Source: Nitrospinales bacterium
Lineage (GTDB): Bacteria; Nitrospinota; Nitrospinia; Nitrospinales; VA-1
DNA: 64,000 nucleotides
Direction: 5' to 3'
NCBI GenBank assembly: GCA_965223345.1
Contig: CBDCWG010000007.1
Coordinates: 256,001 to 320,000, forward strand
The translations under genes were made by a program, and so were the position numbers. This document shows, piece after piece, positions 63,521 through 64,000 of the stretch. The notes under the pieces are model-generated. The model ran no database searches. It was not told the origin of the DNA and was given only the letters and a program-made list of their open reading frames with translations. The stretch's first letter is position 1. Each line of letters opens with the position of its first letter.

Positions 63521-64000
63521 ATGGAGATCCTTTTTCTGGGAACGGGAACATCGACCGGGGTCCCCTCCATGTGCTGCAACTGCGCGGTCTGCCGGTCCGA
63601 CGATCCGAAGAACAAACGCCTGCGCGCCTCGGTCCTGTTCCGCAGCGGCGACTACCACCTGCTCATCGACACCTCGACGGACCTGCGCCTGCAAAGCCTG
63701 ACGCACGGAATCCAGCACGTGAACAGCGTGCTCTTCACGCACCACCATGCGGATCACGTGCACGGCATCGACGAGCTGCGCAGCTTCAACTATTTCAACA
63801 AAACCTCGATCCCCTGTTACGGCAACGCGGAAACGCTGGAGGAGCTGAAAAACAAGTTCAGCTACATCTTCAACGGCACCGCGAAGCAGGTGGGCGGCGG
63901 CCTGCCGCAGCTGAGCCTGCACGCGGTGGACGGCACGCCGTTTTCACTGGGAGACCTTGCAGTCACGCGGCTGGACATCATTCACGGCAAGCTCCGGATC
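63521..64000 (+). CDS. PhnP-like MBL-fold metallo-hydrolase (partial; runs off the window end)
   Basis: Hand translation: MEILFLGTGTSTGVPSMCCNCAVCRSDDPKNKRLRAS...IDTSTDLRLQ...THHHADHVHGIDELR. Confidence 0.9.
   Translation, partial: MEILFLGTGTSTGVPSMCCNCAVCRSDDPKNKRLRASVLFRSGDYHLLIDTSTDLRLQSLTHGIQHVNSVLFTHHHADHVHGIDELRSFNYFNKTSIPCYGNAETLEELKNKFSYIFNGTAKQVGGGLPQLSLHAVDGTPFSLGDLAVTRLDIIHGKLRI

Noticed and set aside
63521..64000. Linking the PhnP-like hydrolase to the PEP mutase as a phosphonate pathway
   Set aside because: It is 15 kb away, this MBL subfamily is widespread without phn genes, and no C-P lyase genes are present.

Overview
A GC-rich Gram-negative chromosomal segment. Gene content and style suggest a Nitrospina-like (Nitrospinota) organism, but this is inference and has not been tested. 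Most of the window is housekeeping: ligA (partial), two tandem HtrA/DegP proteases, hda, rlpA-greA-trmB, purN-lolA-rseP, proS, rimP-nusA-infB-DUF503-rbfA-truB-rpsO-pnp, surE, a 2-Cys peroxiredoxin and a CDF metal exporter. Four things stand out. (1) A seven-gene minus-strand redox cluster (12.6-24.4 kb) encodes two paralogous pentaheme cytochromes c (one frameshifted), a probable outer-membrane beta-barrel, a tetraheme c554-like cytochrome, a membrane-anchored decaheme cytochrome, a 2Fe-2S/FAD/NAD(P)H/2x cNMP/4x[4Fe-4S] fusion protein and a membrane protein with two Hx13H heme-b motifs. Together these look like a candidate cyclic-nucleotide-gated, envelope-spanning electron conduit. (2) An NtrX-like response regulator is fused in frame to a catalytically intact LpxC. 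(3) An AT-rich insert at 26.8-28.3 kb is flanked by an 84-bp duplication of the 3' end of an alcohol dehydrogenase gene. Inside it, small ORFs are bounded by co-oriented 26-bp sites (10-bp inverted arms around a 6-bp asymmetric spacer) that resemble tyrosine-recombinase core sites. (4) A PEP mutase-nucleotidyltransferase fusion sits alone among housekeeping genes. I recognised no rRNA, tRNA, CRISPR array, transposase or integrase.
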